64,000 nt of DNA from the human T2T-CHM13v2.0 reference genome, Homo sapiens (GCF_009914755.1 NC_060926.1), one strand, 5' to 3'. Positions 42,791 to 56,801 are shown, counted from the first letter of the stretch. Notes: generated by a model from the letters alone, not told the origin. Numbers and translations are program-made.

Positions 42791-44619
42791 AACTTATTAT
42801 CCTTGTTATCTTGTTATTTAATTTTTCTGTGCTTCAGCTTCTCCTATAAAACAGGGATGATGACAATACTTCATACAAACACAGAAATAAAATAAGGGAA
42901 AAAAATTCAAGAGTCATCAAAAAGTCTAGCCATATCTTAATGACTAATGAGTACAAAAGGGGCTTGTTGAAATCTTCCCAATCTTGACCTTTTTTATACA
43001 AGTGCTAGACAAGTGGAAATCTGCAGAATATTCCCAGCACCTCAAACTCACCATTGCATAACAAATGATGTCACACAGTGAAGATGCCCCTAGGTGACAT
43101 CACATCCTGAGAGGAGGAGCCGCTAGGGCAAAACCTCTAGAACCTGATGTGCATTTTACCAGGGAAACCAGAGTTGCGCGATTTCTATGAACTTGAAAGT
43201 TAATCATGTCCAGTACAGATACAAAGCAAGAGTGTGCATATGTGTGTGGCATGCCTGTGTGTGAAATTAGCCACATATTGATTAAACTTTCCTATATGCT
43301 GAAGGGATGGGGTGGTTTAGAGAGCCGTTGGAAGAAACAAAGCAATGAACTTATCATGTTGCTTGACTCAACGAGCTCTGGGATTTAGAAACTAAATCTG
43401 AGCCATTAGTATGTGGCTTTACTTTTTTAATAGGAAAACATTTCACATAGGTCTAGCAACGTTCACGTTAGGGTTTTTAACACTTTCATATGCATCTCAG
43501 ATAGCCAACCTGGAGTGGTCCTTGAGTAACACACAATACAAACAATTATTCCAGACATTTCAAAAATGAAGTGCCACCAGCTTCATTGTGTCCCCCAGCT
43601 CTGGCGAGTAATGAAAGACATATTCTTAATGTGAAACAAAAGAGGATTGTGAATATTGAAAAAGCAGCCCAGCCAGTTAGAGTTAAACCGTCGGGATAAG
43701 ATATTAACTTAAACCACATGTGAAGTGCAGCTGTTTCTGGTGAAGCTTTCATCAGGCTCAAGTGGAAAGATTGGTGGGTTTTAATATGTGGTTTCCAGCC
43801 AAGCCAATAGGAATCTGGGGAAAATGTGTGTGAAATCAGGCCTCTGCTGGGGGGTCTCGGGCTCTGGGCTGGCTTTTCTTTCTGTGAACATAAACAAAGG
43901 TAACCCAATGCTGAGGGCAAGGCCTGCTCCATCCAAAGGTTTAGCTGAGAGACTCTGGAGTGACCAGCCAGCCTGTGGAGTTTCTGGACTCTTCATTCTC
44001 CCTTTCAAGAGGAACGCATAAATAGGTCCCATGGTGTTAAGAGTAGGGATGAAGGAGGAGTCTTCTTGTATCTGTTCCCTGCCACTTCATCTCAGGAACA
44101 TCTAGAATTTGTTCAGCTCCTAATAACTGACAGCATCAAATGGTGCCAACTCTATTCGAACTTACTGGCATGCTGGTTGGGTTTCACCTCTGAGGATTTA
44201 AATTTGCTTAAGAAAAGTGGTGCTATATACGATGCCTCACCTACCTAAGAACATGAAAATATTAGAAATTAATGAAAAAGTATGAGATGAGTGCAAAAAT
44301 AAGGATTAATTGCACACTATTTCTTTACAAAGACTAAATTAGTTAAATAGCTTAAAGGTTGGTTGGGCTGCTGCCTGATTTTGTCCAGCCAGTTCTGGAG
44401 GCCCTAGATGATTGCTTCTGTACTCACTGCTGGGTGACGCTGTCAGCCTTCCACTGCTTACCTCCTGCATCATAATATTGCTTTCAGCTTCAGAGGTGTG
44501 GAACAGAAATAATCTTTATGAGCCCACAAATTCAGGAGTTGTGGGAGAAAAGTGGAAATGTCTGAACTGTACTCATTGACCTTAGGAAAACAGTTGAAAT
44601 ATTACCATTTCTGTGCATT

Positions 44620-45110
44620 GATTCATGTATTTAACATTTATTAGGCAGCTAGATGATTCAAAAGACTTTGCAAAATGCTCTTGGGGATGCAAAGATGTGT
44701 AAAAGGGAAAGGAATTGACATTTATTGAGAATATACTATATGCCAGACATCACAGAGGCCATTGGATTACATTTTCTCATTTAATTCCCGAAACCTTGAA
44801 GGGGAAAGATTATAAGATAAGATCTTTGCTCTCAAAAGCCTTCCAGTCTGTGATTAAATAGTAGATAAAAGACATATTCAAATATCCATGAAATAAGATA
44901 TTCTAACTATATGCCAAAGGAGAGGTTTTAATGGGAATTAAGAGTCTGGAGTCATTACTTGGGGAATGAAAGAAAGTTTATTGGAGAAGACCATATTTGA
45001 GTTGGACACTGAAGTTTGGGTAGGATTTAGATTCACAGAGAGGGAGGACAAGGCATGACCCAGGTGAAGGAGAAGATGAGGGCAGGGGAAGCAAAAGGAA
45101 GAAGCAATCC
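44620..45110 (-). mobile_element. L2 fragment with a MIR piece
   Basis: gattcatgtatttaacatttatt...tttgctctcaaaagccttccagtct...ggagaagaccatatttgagttgg; MIR-like catttattgagaatatactatatgccag. Confidence 0.55.
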
Positions 45111-45785
45111 CTATAAGTCTCATGCTACTCAGAGGTCAAGGGAAGATCACTTATAGAAGTTTCCCTTATTACCACTTCATGGCTCTTGTACCAGGTGAAG
45201 TCCATACCTTGACTTTAAGGCCACACTGTATGAAAAATGCAGGTCTTTAAACACTAGATGCACATTCAGTGCGGTGAGATGCTGACACCATCAGAGGCCT
45301 GATCAAATTAAGGCCTGGTGAGGGCAGTGCAGGCTCTCCTTTCCAATCTCATGCTCACTCTGGGGTCCAAGTGCGTGGAGTGGGATGACTGGCCCAGTGG
45401 CCAGCACTGTTTCATGTGTGCTCATCTCTCTGTCTAGTTATGATGGGGCTGTGAACTTCAAAGGTTAACTTCACATAGAATTTGATTATGAAGACTGAGA
45501 TAGGGACCAAAATACAGAGTCAAGTCACTGTGGGTGAGAATATGTCTGTGGAGGTGGGGGCAGTGTTGGAAGGTCAGGATGTTGGACAGGCCAGCCCTGC
45601 TGGGGACAGAGAGTGAAGGATTGGTGTTTGGACTGCATTTGGTGTAGGGTTTGGTGGCAGTAGGGTATAAGGAAAAGTTTCGGGTAAGCTTGTTTCAATG
45701 CATTGGGGCTACTGGATTGCAGCTAAGAAGTGGAGATGTGTTCTCTGAGAATTAGTCACCCACATTCTACTTCATCATGTTGCTT

Positions 45786-45840
45786 TTAGGTTGGCACAAA
45801 AGTAATTGTGACTTTTGCCATTACTTTTAATTTGGCATTA
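45786..45840. mobile_element. MADE1 mariner MITE (about half)
   Basis: ttaggttggcacaaaagtaattgtgacttttgccattacttttaat matches one MADE1 arm. Confidence 0.75.
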
Positions 45841-46098
45841 CTTGTTGAGTCTGAGAAGAAAGTAAGTGCCTTTTCTAAAGCAGCCCCATTCCTGATGGAA
45901 TGTTGAAGCTGAATCCTCATGCTTGAGGTTAAATCAATCAAGTCACTAGGCACCAGGCTCTAGGGAGGCTGCAAGGAAGTTTGGCGGACAGTTTCTATCC
46001 TCAGGCAGTTCATTGACCTATAATATTCTCATGAGAAGGTGACCAGTAGTATATGGTGAGTCAGGTGCCTATAAGCCCAACCAGTGACCCAAAATGTT

Positions 46099-46512
46099 TT
46101 ACTGGTCTCCTAGGGCTGGTATAACAAAGTACCCCAAACTGGGTGCTTAAACAATGGAAATTTATTCTCTCATAGTTTTGGAGGTTGGAAGTCCCAATTC
46201 AAAGTGTCAGCAGGGCCAGATTCTCTCTAAAGGCTCTAGGGAAGAATCTTTCCTTGCCTTTTCTGGCTTCTGGTAGTTTCCAGCAATCCTCGGTGTTCCT
46301 TGGCTTATGCCAGCATAACTCCAATTTTCTCTGTGTCTTCAAATCTCTCTCCATAGAGGGACACACGTTTTTGGATTTAGGGCCCACTCTGATCCAGTAT
46401 GACTTCATCTTAATTATATCTGCAGAGACCCTATTTCCAACTAAGATCACATTCATAGGTACGGGGGTTAGGACTTCAGCATATCTTCTTGGGAGACACA
46501 ACTCATGCCACA
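46099..46512 (-). mobile_element. MLT1 (B/C-like) LTR
   Basis: cctagggctggtataacaaagtaccccaaactggg...ggatttagggcccactctgatccagtatgac...ggggttaggacttcagcatatc. Confidence 0.85.
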
Positions 46513-47259
46513 GCAGATGTTAATGTGCAGGCTGGCTGGATAGAAGGACCCTATGAACTGGGATAGTCATGGATGACATCTTGGCATGATGGGACTTGAG
46601 CTCTTTATCAAGAATATGTGGTATTTGGATGGAGAAGGGGTGGGCTGGACTCCAAGGAGGGTGGAAGGGGAAAAAGGGAAGAATTATATGGCTGGGGTCA
46701 CAGAGACTGACTGAAGCAGATTAGAGACTGGTGAGGAGCCAGCCTGGTAGGGACAGAGGAATGAACTGGGGAGTGATGAAGACTGACACTTTGGAAAGAA
46801 ACTGGGGCCAGATTGTGGAGCTACCCAAGCATACTGGAAAACTGAATGGCTGGGCTTCAACCGTATTTCCCATATTCTGGAAAAAACTCCATTCAACATC
46901 CCCAAAAACCTTCAGAAGACAGAGGCAGTCACACATGAAGAGCCTTATGCCCAATCTGCTTCTGAAGTGTATCCCCAGATATCTTGTAAAAGCTTATGGG
47001 CCACCCAGTGAAGTGGGTGCCTTGGGTTTAGCCTGAAGAAGACCTACCAGCTCTGGCAAGGGCACTCATGAGGTTAGCCAATATGGCATTAGTAAGGCAG
47101 AGCAGTGAGCAAAAGGCCTGGGATCTGCTCTTCTTCTCTTTGGGCATCAGATTTCCCATTTGCAAAAAGCAATGGCTTTGGTTGTGACATGCTGCAGTTT
47201 CTTGACTCTATATAATAAAATGGTGTAACTTATGTTTGAATAGACTTAAACTAAGTTCA

Positions 47260-47600
47260 TCTGCAAATATTCCTTCATTTGATACAGCATCTCTATGAGA
47301 TGGATAGAGAAAAATTTTTACCCCATTTTGATAGATGAGGACATAGACTCAGAGGAAGTTCACTGACTTGCAGAGGCACTGAGCTGGTTAATTAGCGGAG
47401 CCAGAACTTGAACACAGGTCTTCAGAATGCTAGTCCAGTGTTTTCCATTCCACACAATGCCTCCTTTATAATCAGAATTTCTCCATGTGCTCATTCATTC
47501 AACAAGCAAACATGTATTAAGGGTCCGCTATGTGACAGGTACTCTGATAGGCCCTAGAGATACATGAATAATTAAAGCAGGGTCCCTATCCCAAGAAGGT
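47260..47600 (-). mobile_element. MIR followed by an L2 3' end
   Basis: ccccattttgatagatgaggacatagactcagagg; then tcattcattcaacaag...tatgtgacaggtact. Confidence 0.65.
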
Positions 47601-48386
47601 CCCAGAGTGCTGGTCCAGTGCAAAATCTTGTACATAATGGTCGGGCAGAGACTACACTTCAGGTCGGGTGTCCTCATCCCACCAAGCCAGGCCCGCCATA
47701 AGATCAAGGGTCTACCGGGCAATGCTCTTGGGCCAGTTTTTTAAAATTTCAGTTCATAAACATGGAGCTGCTACTGAAGGCACATCTGACTTCTTGTATA
47801 GTTTAGTCAGTATCTACTATATTAGCAACACTTAACATCAACTAGAGAGAGGACTGTCAAAAGGGAACTTCTGAAATTGAGTGAACTACTCTTACTGAAT
47901 TTGTAGCTGTTGTGAAATAACTCTCAGGTCACAGTCTCTTAGATTTGCATTGCATCTCTCAGTTTACAAAGTCCTTTAATAAATGTAATAGCACTTGATA
48001 GTGTTACAATCTGAGACGGCATCTCCTTTAGGAACAAGCAGACCTCAGACCCTACGACCTCTAGGTGAGTGACCTTCACAATTGCTTAGCACAGTGAAAC
48101 CTCTAGCTCCTCATTTGCAAAATAAAGATGGATGATAATGGTGCCAGTCTCATAGGATTTCTGTGTAGGAGGATGTGTGTGAGGTGCCTGGTTGACCTTC
48201 GAGAAATGTGAGTTCCTTCTTCAACAGAGCAATGAATAGCTCTCTTGAGTGAGGGAAGCAGCCCAGCACGCTCAGCTGGCAGGCTGTTCTCCACACGTGT
48301 TTTAGACTATGCTGGCCTTTGAGGGAAAAGGATGTGGTTCTCCTGACTCCTGTCTCTACTAAGATTTTTGCATAGTCTCCCATAGA

Positions 48387-48460
48387 TAAGCTTGGTGCAA
48401 AAGTGATTGCGGTTTTTGCCATTATTTTCAATGGTGCAATCACTTTTGCACCAAGCTAAT
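48387..48460. mobile_element. MADE1 mariner MITE (hairpin, small internal deletion)
   Basis: Perfect 22-bp inverted arms agcttggtgcaaaagtgattgc (48389-48410) / gcaatcacttttgcaccaagct (48436-48457). Confidence 0.9.
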
Positions 48461-50000
48461 AGAAACCAGTGAGGTAGACAAATCAGTGAGGTATAATTTG
48501 GGAAACCTCTGACTGAGTCTACCATTTTTAGTTGCTTTCAATTTGATTAAATTAGTGCCCAAATGCTTAAAGTGGTATGCCCAAGGTCGTGGTCACCAGC
48601 CCATGCCTTCAAATCCAGAGCTCTTTCCATTAAGCCACTTGTCCAAGATACATCCCTCAGAAGTGGTGATATCCTCAATGTGTATAAGAAAGGATATCTT
48701 TAGAGATGCTGGATTCAGAGGCTACCCTTCTCAAGTTCAGCCGGGAGACATGGAATGAAACCACGGCTTTGTTTTACAGCTAATATTTTAACTTAATTTG
48801 TTCTGTTCAGCTTGTCCAAATTCCAGGTTGCGGATAAATCAGGATGATGGCTCACACGCTGGTCCCATCTACCAGGGATAAAAGTGACCCAGAAATATCT
48901 GGAAGCCCTGGGAGCATTTAGATAGATTCCTTAAAATATGATTCTCCACCCAATCGCCTTGCTAGGGGCGGAGTGTCTCAGGCATAAAAATACGACTTAG
49001 GGCGATGAACAGTTAAAGTCTAAGAACTTGTAAGCAATAGAAGCAGGAATTATTCACTCTTACCAGTGCTGGCTCTGTGTTCAGTGTTTGCTCGCCATCT
49101 CATACATCTCTTCAGAAGGGAAAAACAACTAGAATTTGCCACTGGGACACATGTATTTTTTCCTGCACTGGAGCTGATGGAGCTGTTGGAAAACACTCTA
49201 TAAATCTCGTCTCCTGTACCGTGACATTCAGCCCTTTGGGGCAGCTCTCACTTTATGTTCATCCTGCAAACTGCAGTAGATGAGACTTGCAGCAAGACCC
49301 AAGGGCTCTGTGTCCAGTATCCTTGCCAGGTGAACAAAGGGAAAGGAGTTGCCGAGGCCTGGGTTGTTGTTAGAAGTTGGGCTCCGTTTTCCCAGCCAGA
49401 AATCAAGCTCACATTCCAGCCGCCAGAGAACAGCAATGCTCTAAATGAGGTCACTGTGTTTGCAAGGGAGAAACAATTATGTGCTTTTCCTCTCGCACTT
49501 ATTACTCACAGCACTTCATAGGGAGGACATAGCATCTTTTTTGTCTGCCCCCGAAGAAACTTTACAAAATAAAACTGGGTGCAGAAAGAGGCTGACTTTG
49601 GATGAAGGTGCCTCACATTTTATTGGCTAGAAGGTAGATTCCTTTTGATTTTATTTTCCAATTTAATACAAGGTGTGCCTTGAGAAATGCTTATGTTAAT
49701 TTGAAACAGGAGTAAAACAGTGCCAGGCCCTTGTGTGGCAAGGCCCTGTCTGTCTGATCACACCGGGCACCTGGTCTATAAATCCGCACCAGGGCTTAGA
49801 CCTGAGGCTGGCTCCCAGGGTTGGGGGAACCAGGGCAATGCTGGGAGTTATCTGGCTGCATGGGACCAGCATGCCTTGTTCTCCAACCACACAGTGTGTG
49901 ACACGTTATCTGGGACAGGAGATTCAGAAGGGAGACATTGCAGAGAGATTTGTAGAGAGGACAGTAGCCTCGTCCTAAGATGAGGTGTGGTGTTGAAGGG

Positions 50001-50356
50001 TGTATTAGTCCGTTTTCATGCTGCTAATAAAGACATACCTGAGTCTGGGTAATTTATAAAGAAAAAGAGGTTTAATGGACTCACAGTTCCAAGTGGCTGG
50101 GGAGGCCTCACATTCATGGTGGAATGTGAAAGGCACGCCTTACGTGGTGGCAGCAAAGAGAGAATGAGAGCCAGGCAAAAGAGTTGTTCCCTTATAAAAT
50201 CGTCAGATCTCATGAGACTTATTCACTACCATGAGAACAGTATGGGGGAACTGCCCCCATGATTCAATGATCTCCCACTGGGTCCCTTCCACGTGGGAAT
50301 TATGGGAGCTACAATTCAAGATGAGATTTGGGTGGGGACACAGCCGAACCATATTA
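50001..50356 (-). mobile_element. THE1B-like solo LTR
   Basis: tgtattagtccgttttcatgctgctaataaagacatacc...cacagccgaaccatatta; TSD aaggg at 49996-50000 and 50357-50361. Confidence 0.93.
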
Positions 50357-52279
50357 AAGGGGTTCAGAGGCGGCTCTGTTTAAAATTCTGTGCTGCATCA
50401 TGAACTTCTGAGTGCAGCCCAATCATCAGAATGGTCACAACACCCTCCCCAGTGATCACGGTAGGGCTTCATCTCATTTCAGAACCTTTGACAAGCTCGA
50501 GTTTGGCACGGTACTTCATTTTGGCATGTAACTTTCTTCAGCTATTGTCTGTGCATTTTATTTTTCTCCAGTGAGACTGCCCATTCCTTGAGGGTCCCCT
50601 AGAAGTTTCCTGCCCATCCCTGACTTTAAGCAGACCCAGGCAGGAGAATGAAGCCCACACCACCACAGTCCTGCACCGGCCTCCACTCTGCCCCGCAGTT
50701 GATGATTCTGGCCCTTTTGTTAATGACTCTGGATTCTCAAGGCTGAGAGGCCCAGGAACTGAAGAATGGTCTGAGGCAGGAAGAGGAGGGCATCCTTTCT
50801 CCACGTTATGCCCTCTGGCTGGGCTTACATTGTTCCCAGGGAGGATGCGCTGTGGGAAAGTGGGATGCAGGAAGCAGAGCCGCTTTATGGCTCCTTCTCT
50901 GAGAGTGCGTCTGCAGTGGCTGGCTGTATGTCTCAATTTGTGTCTTTACGTGGCTGCCAGCCCTACCTTTGCCCACTGTGGGTTACCTTCCTGCCTCGGG
51001 GCACCATTGCCTGGGGAGGCATTATTGTGTGGTGCAGCCATGAGACCCGGGTTGCAGTACTAGCCTTGACAAACTCACTCTCTGACTGAGCTTGACTCAG
51101 TGGCCTTATCCGTCAAAATCAAGTACTAGCTTATACCCTATGCAGCTTGGCCAAGCCAAGATCCAATGCCATATCTGCCTGGTTCTGAGGGCTGAGCCCT
51201 CCTCACTGCCCTGAACTTCAAGGTGCTGAGTGTGCAGCTCTTTGTGGAAGCGCAGAGTGGGGCTGACAGCTGACACCCCTGAAACCGTCTACAGAGCCAC
51301 CCACCTGCTGGCTTGTCCAGGCTGTCTTCATTTCAGCTCTCGTATGAGTAGCTGGTGTGGGGCACGACAGAAGCCAGCACCAGCGAGGACAGACAGACAG
51401 ATCTTATGGCTCCCTTCTCAGTGTCCCAGTTTCAAGGCCCTGTCCTGGCCTTTGAGGAGCCTCAGTTAGGACTGCACTATTCCATGATGATGTGCTCTTG
51501 GGCATCTGCAGATTGTTGAAGGGAAGATATTTTCAGCATTTTCTTAGGCATAGCAAGCAGATTTATTTGCCTGTCATTTGCAGGGTTAACAACAAAAAAA
51601 ACCCCACAAAATAAAAAACAAACCCAGGCCCCATGCTGGCTGTTGCTCAGCTCTGGGCTTCATTACTACCACTGTCCTGGCTTATGAGAGCCAGCATGGA
51701 TCTTTCAGTATTCTAGAAGTTTCTGAAACATTGTAGGGTGCAGGTTTAGCAGAGACAGTCTATCTTTCTCGCTTGTGTAATTTGCCTTACAGAATGCTTC
51801 TATGTGAGCTTGATTTCCCTCCTCCCTTTTTCATGTTAGCTGTCCTGATTCTAGCTTAATGATTTTGGGGGTGAAGTGGGGAGGGGTCTGGGGATTAGTG
51901 ACTTTGCATAAAAGTACTACTAAAAGCTCTGTCTCTGGGGTCACCTGACATTTGCTTTCTCTCAGCAATCGATCAAAGTACAATAATGTTCTTTGGTGAG
52001 TTTCCTCTTTCTGATACATTTGATGGTGGTCCAGTGGAAGGGGATAGATTTTTGGAGTCAGTGGGATTTAGGTTCAAACCCCTCCTGTGTCACTTATAGG
52101 CTATTTAATCTTGCACAAGTTTGGAAATAACTGGAGCTTCTGTAAGAGAAGGAAGGGACCTTTTGTGACAGAGGAGGGCTATGGCATAGCTGTCAACAGC
52201 CCTCAGGTTTGGGTGGGTGCTCACTGTACTAAAAATAGATTACTTATTGATTTTTATTATTATTTTTGTAGTAATTCAG

Positions 52280-52500
52280 ACAGAAGAAATACTAATTAAA
52301 TGCCATTTAGTGCTTATCTGGTGCTAGAAACTGTCTATTCATGCCTTTGGTCCTCACAATGACCCTATGAGGGAGGTATGATTATTATCTCCATTTTTCA
52401 GACATGGAAATTAGAGCTCAAAGAAGTTAAGTAATTTGTCCAAGGCAACGCTGCCTGTAAGTGGTAAAGCCACGGCTTAAATCGTGGTGAATTTACTTCT
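52280..52500 (-). mobile_element. MIR
   Basis: cctcacaatgaccctatgaggg...tccatttttcagacatggaaattagagctcaaagaagttaagtaatttgtccaagg. Confidence 0.75.
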
Positions 52501-54532
52501 TGCTTTAGGAGATTTTTCTTTGAGTTCTTCCATTTTTTAAAAAACTCTTTTAATATTAATTTCTACTTTTACCTGTGGAAAGAAAAGTGTTAACAGTGGA
52601 GAAGATGAGGACTCACTGGTTAGAAAAAATTCTTAAAAGAAAGAAGCAGAAACCCACCATCCCGCTATGTATTCTCAGAAAAGCAGCCCAATGTGGATAT
52701 TGGTAGAATGGGTCTCAGCTGTGGCAAGAGAAGGGAGAACAAAGTTTGAGGGATCAAAGACACTGTGGCCACCCAATGAGTTTCATCTTAAGCATTACAA
52801 GGAATTAAGTGGCTCTTCTGAGTCTTGGAACTTTGGTTCTGTCATCTCTGCCTTGAGCCACTAGAGATAAGTTACTGGTCTTTCTTTTCGTCATTCATCA
52901 TGGAGGCCAGCTCAGACTTGGTTGAATTCCTTTAGGTACTGATCCAGAAAAATGGAACCCAAGTTGGCTCCCTGTTCAATGAGTCGCATAATAAGCACCC
53001 ACAGGGCTTGTCCCCGAACCATGGCGACAGTGCCGTGTGAATGACAACGGGGAATTTGTATTTGAAGCCTCTTTGTAAGCTCTAAATGGATAAGCAAATA
53101 CAAAGACATATTGTTACAAGTGTAGTGGGTATTGAAGGTTGGAGTGTTGGGTTTTGAAAAGGAAGGGGAACAGTTTGTGTTCTCCATTGGAAAGAAATAG
53201 TAGGTAACTGAATAGAAATCATTTTAAGTAAGCAATGTTTAGAGGCAAATTAGAAATTGGGCACCTACAAGGCTCACTCTGAGTGGGGGTGATGCATGGA
53301 AAGGACAAAAAGGCCTGAATTACTGGAGGAATTTAGGAAAGGGATGGTGGAAAAGCACCTGAACATTGTGTTAAAACAAAAATACATTAAATGAGTATGG
53401 GGCGAGATCAAGGAGAAGAGAGTTCTTGGCAGAGGTTGCTGCTGTAATTTATCCCAGACCCTTTAATTCCTGACCACCACCCCAGGGAGGAGATTATCAC
53501 CTCCCCCAGCTAGCACAATTGGCTGGTATGGAGGTTGTTAACTTGAGAAAATCACCAGAGATAGTATTGGGCAACTTCAAAAGTCCACTGTCTTTTTCAA
53601 TGAGCTTGTTGTGAAAGGGCTTAAACAGAACACTAATAACAGCTAAAGATCTAGCTGCAGGTGGCTGTCTAATTCCAATCAAAATAATCTTCTCCAAGTC
53701 TTAGTGGATAAAGGAGGGCAGAATTAAAAAGGGAACCGAGAGTGATTTTTGGCACGGGCACCAAGTCTGTTGTGGAGGAAGACTATTGGTGTTGGCAGTG
53801 CACAGTTAGGTTTTTTCCCAGCAACAAATTTTTCTCTTCCCTTGATGGCTTGGAAGGTCTGTACACAAATGCCTTTGTGTCAGTTGTATACAGCTGCACA
53901 CACCATGTGGTATTTGCTTTAGTTAACAGTACAGTGGAGGGAGAGTAGGTTGTTGGCTTTTGAAAGAATCAGAATTATTATATACAGGCATCTTTCTCCC
54001 TTTCCTAGAAGCTCCCATGCTGGCTTGAAAATATACTGTTTTCGAATTACAGACTTAATGCCCTTAGAGCTTCTTTCTTCGGGGGTAGTTTGTGTTTAAT
54101 CAATGTTCTACTAGACTTTCCAAGACACTGTTCCTTGGTAATGGATGTCACTTGAATACAATTTTCTGTAGTCAGATAAGATTGCCAAATGCTAGATCCC
54201 ACAAATTTTAACAGGTATGTTTACTGCAGGACTTTCCAGAGCCTTCAATGTGCAAATTAGTTTTGAATCACCTACTAAGTGGTACTTTGACTCCCCAAAA
54301 TAAAAAAAAAGTTTGCTCCAAATCCCAAATTATCTGGCTTTTTTTTTCACAGATGCATCCTGGGAAATACTGTTCTCTTTAAAACTGCAGGAGTGGCCCC
54401 CGTTGAGATGGAGGTTGAACAAGCATTTCCCTAGAGTCCTGTGGTCCATAGCATTGTCTGCTAAGATGCTGGGCTGTCCTGGAGCTGCGGCTGGAGTCAG
54501 GTTCAAATGCAGCACCCGGCAGCACACTACAC

Positions 54533-54534
<2 letters not shown>

Positions 54535-54570
<36 letters not shown>
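54535..54570. repeat. (GT)n microsatellite
   Basis: About 18 uninterrupted GT units. Confidence 0.95.
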
Positions 54571-54573
<3 letters not shown>

Positions 54574-56587
54574 GTGTTTGGGCTGGTTGTTGGAATGAGG
54601 ACAAAAGAGGAAGTTGGAAGAAGAGATGAGAACTTGCTCCCTCCTCTTAGGAACACCCAAACTTGTGGATTCCTCCAAGAATCTTCCTTCCTGGGCCCAA
54701 TTGTCAAAGCCTAGTCATAGGTGGAATTGTTGTAAAAGTCATTCCCAAGTGGCTCAGTATGTATAGCTTGTCATTGACGTGAGCAGATTTCTGCAGCTGA
54801 AAATAGTGACATCCAGTCATTTGGGCCAATTTGTGAATTTTCCTCAGGGATGTGAGCTTGGGGAGGTAATTTTATGCCAAGAAGAAAGTCATGGAAACAG
54901 TTGTTTTCCTGAGAAGACCTGCCCCCTATTTCCCTTAAAAAGAAGACAGGAACTTTCAGATGGCTGTAGTCCAGGAACCTCGAATACAGTTAGTGAATAA
55001 TCACCCCTAGCTTCATGAATCCTCATGAGGTCCATCATTTTGGCAGCCTTCCTTCTTGTTCCCTAAAAGGGTTTGAACTCGATGTTTCTGGGTCTGTGAA
55101 GGCTTCCACATCTTCCATCTAAATCATTTTTATTTGCTGGACTACAAGGGAAAAACCACACCAAAAGAACTCTCCCCATATCTCTCAGACTTCACGAGCA
55201 AAAGGAGAGCATTCCAGAAATGGCAGAGCCAGAAAAACCATAAAGATACACTTTTTGAAAGACAATCTGGAAATGGAGCTTAAAAAGGTTTTTGCTAAGC
55301 CTTGATCATGCCAAGTGAATTCTCTTTCAGTCATTAAAGAAGGAAACCTACCCCCTAAGAACCGAAGTTAGCAGCTATATCAGGTCAAAGGAACTTGGGA
55401 AGAGAACAGGATTGTTTATTAATCTTATAGTATCTCTTTCCTAATAAAACCCCAATCGTCTGCCTTATGCATGTTACCATAACACTCAAACCAGGTTTGT
55501 TGGTTATTTATTTATTTAAGATGTTTGGCCTGTTTGGAAATTAAACACTTTCTTGGATTTCATCTCTTTGGGCCAATGGCAGACCTGCTGGGGGGGTGAT
55601 CCTAAGAGGATACAATAATAAAAGCCTTAATAGGGTAGCACAATGGGAAAAAGCCAAAATGAATTAGCTTGCTGTGACATGGCTAACATCATTGCATTTA
55701 TATATGTTTCATTAAGCGGGGGCTTGACAGCTTTATGAGGAAACAGTGGGGTTTGCAATGGAGGAAGGCCCTGTAACCCTGCCAAAGCTGATCTCGGCCT
55801 GTGCCATGCATGCTCTTTAATAGAATAATATTTGCACAGTGAAAATGTCATTTTAAATGACTGGTTTGATAATCCCTTAAGCTTTTAAATGATCTGCAAA
55901 GTCTGGAAATTCTACCCGTGTTTAAAATTGACGGGAACATTAATGAATGCAAACATTAAAGGATGGTCTCCAGCTTTGTTTCCTGAGTCAGACATCGCTT
56001 ACTGGGATTTCTTTCCTCTTTTTGTCCCTTGTGCTCTTTCTGCAACACAAGCGTACTCACCAAGCAGCTGCAGTGGCCTTCACTGCAGGGATGTCTTTGG
56101 GGTGGGACAGCTCAGCCTGTAGTGGGACATGGACTTACCAGGATTGTTGTTAGCATGCAGCTCTTTCCTGCAGAGTAGAAAAGGCATCCCCTCTGGGAGG
56201 GAGCCTGCAGAAGGGAATCCCTTTGGGCAGAACAATTAGCAAAGGGCATGTATCTCTCCAGCTGGCGCATCGTGAGCCAGGGTCTTAGCGTGGTGAGCAC
56301 AGAGTAGGAAGAATTTAGCCCTTACTGCAGCCCCCTCAGGGAAAGTCCTGCACAACCATATGCAGCATCCCTGGTGATGTCTACCTTGTTTTGTTCAGAC
56401 CCCCTTTGGACCAGGATAAAAGCCTCCCTGTCTGCTGGACAAACATCCTGTGCGAGATGAGATTTTGGGAAGGCTTTTCCTTGGGAGGACAAAGCCCCAT
56501 TCAGTCCCTTCCTCCTTTCAATGACTCTCGAATAGGGTAGGAAGGCTGTGTAAGGATTACCTTCTCAAGAATAGAGCGATAGATGGA

Positions 56588-56801
56588 GGGCTTGGCAAAC
56601 TAAAGCTTCGGGGCCAAATCTGGCCCTCTGTTGTTATAAATAAAGTTTTATTGGAACACAATCATACCCATTCATGTATTGACTGTGGCTGCTTTCCTAT
56701 GACAATGGCAGAGCTGGATAGTTGCAATAGAGACTGTATGGTCCACAGAGCCTAAAATATTTGCCATCTGGCTCTTAACAGAAAAATCCTGCAGATCCCT
56801 G
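56588..56801. mobile_element. MER58A hAT-Charlie MITE
   Basis: agggcttggcaaact...ggccaaatctggcc...aaataaagttttattggaacaca...cctaaaatatttgccatctggc...ccctg. Confidence 0.85.
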
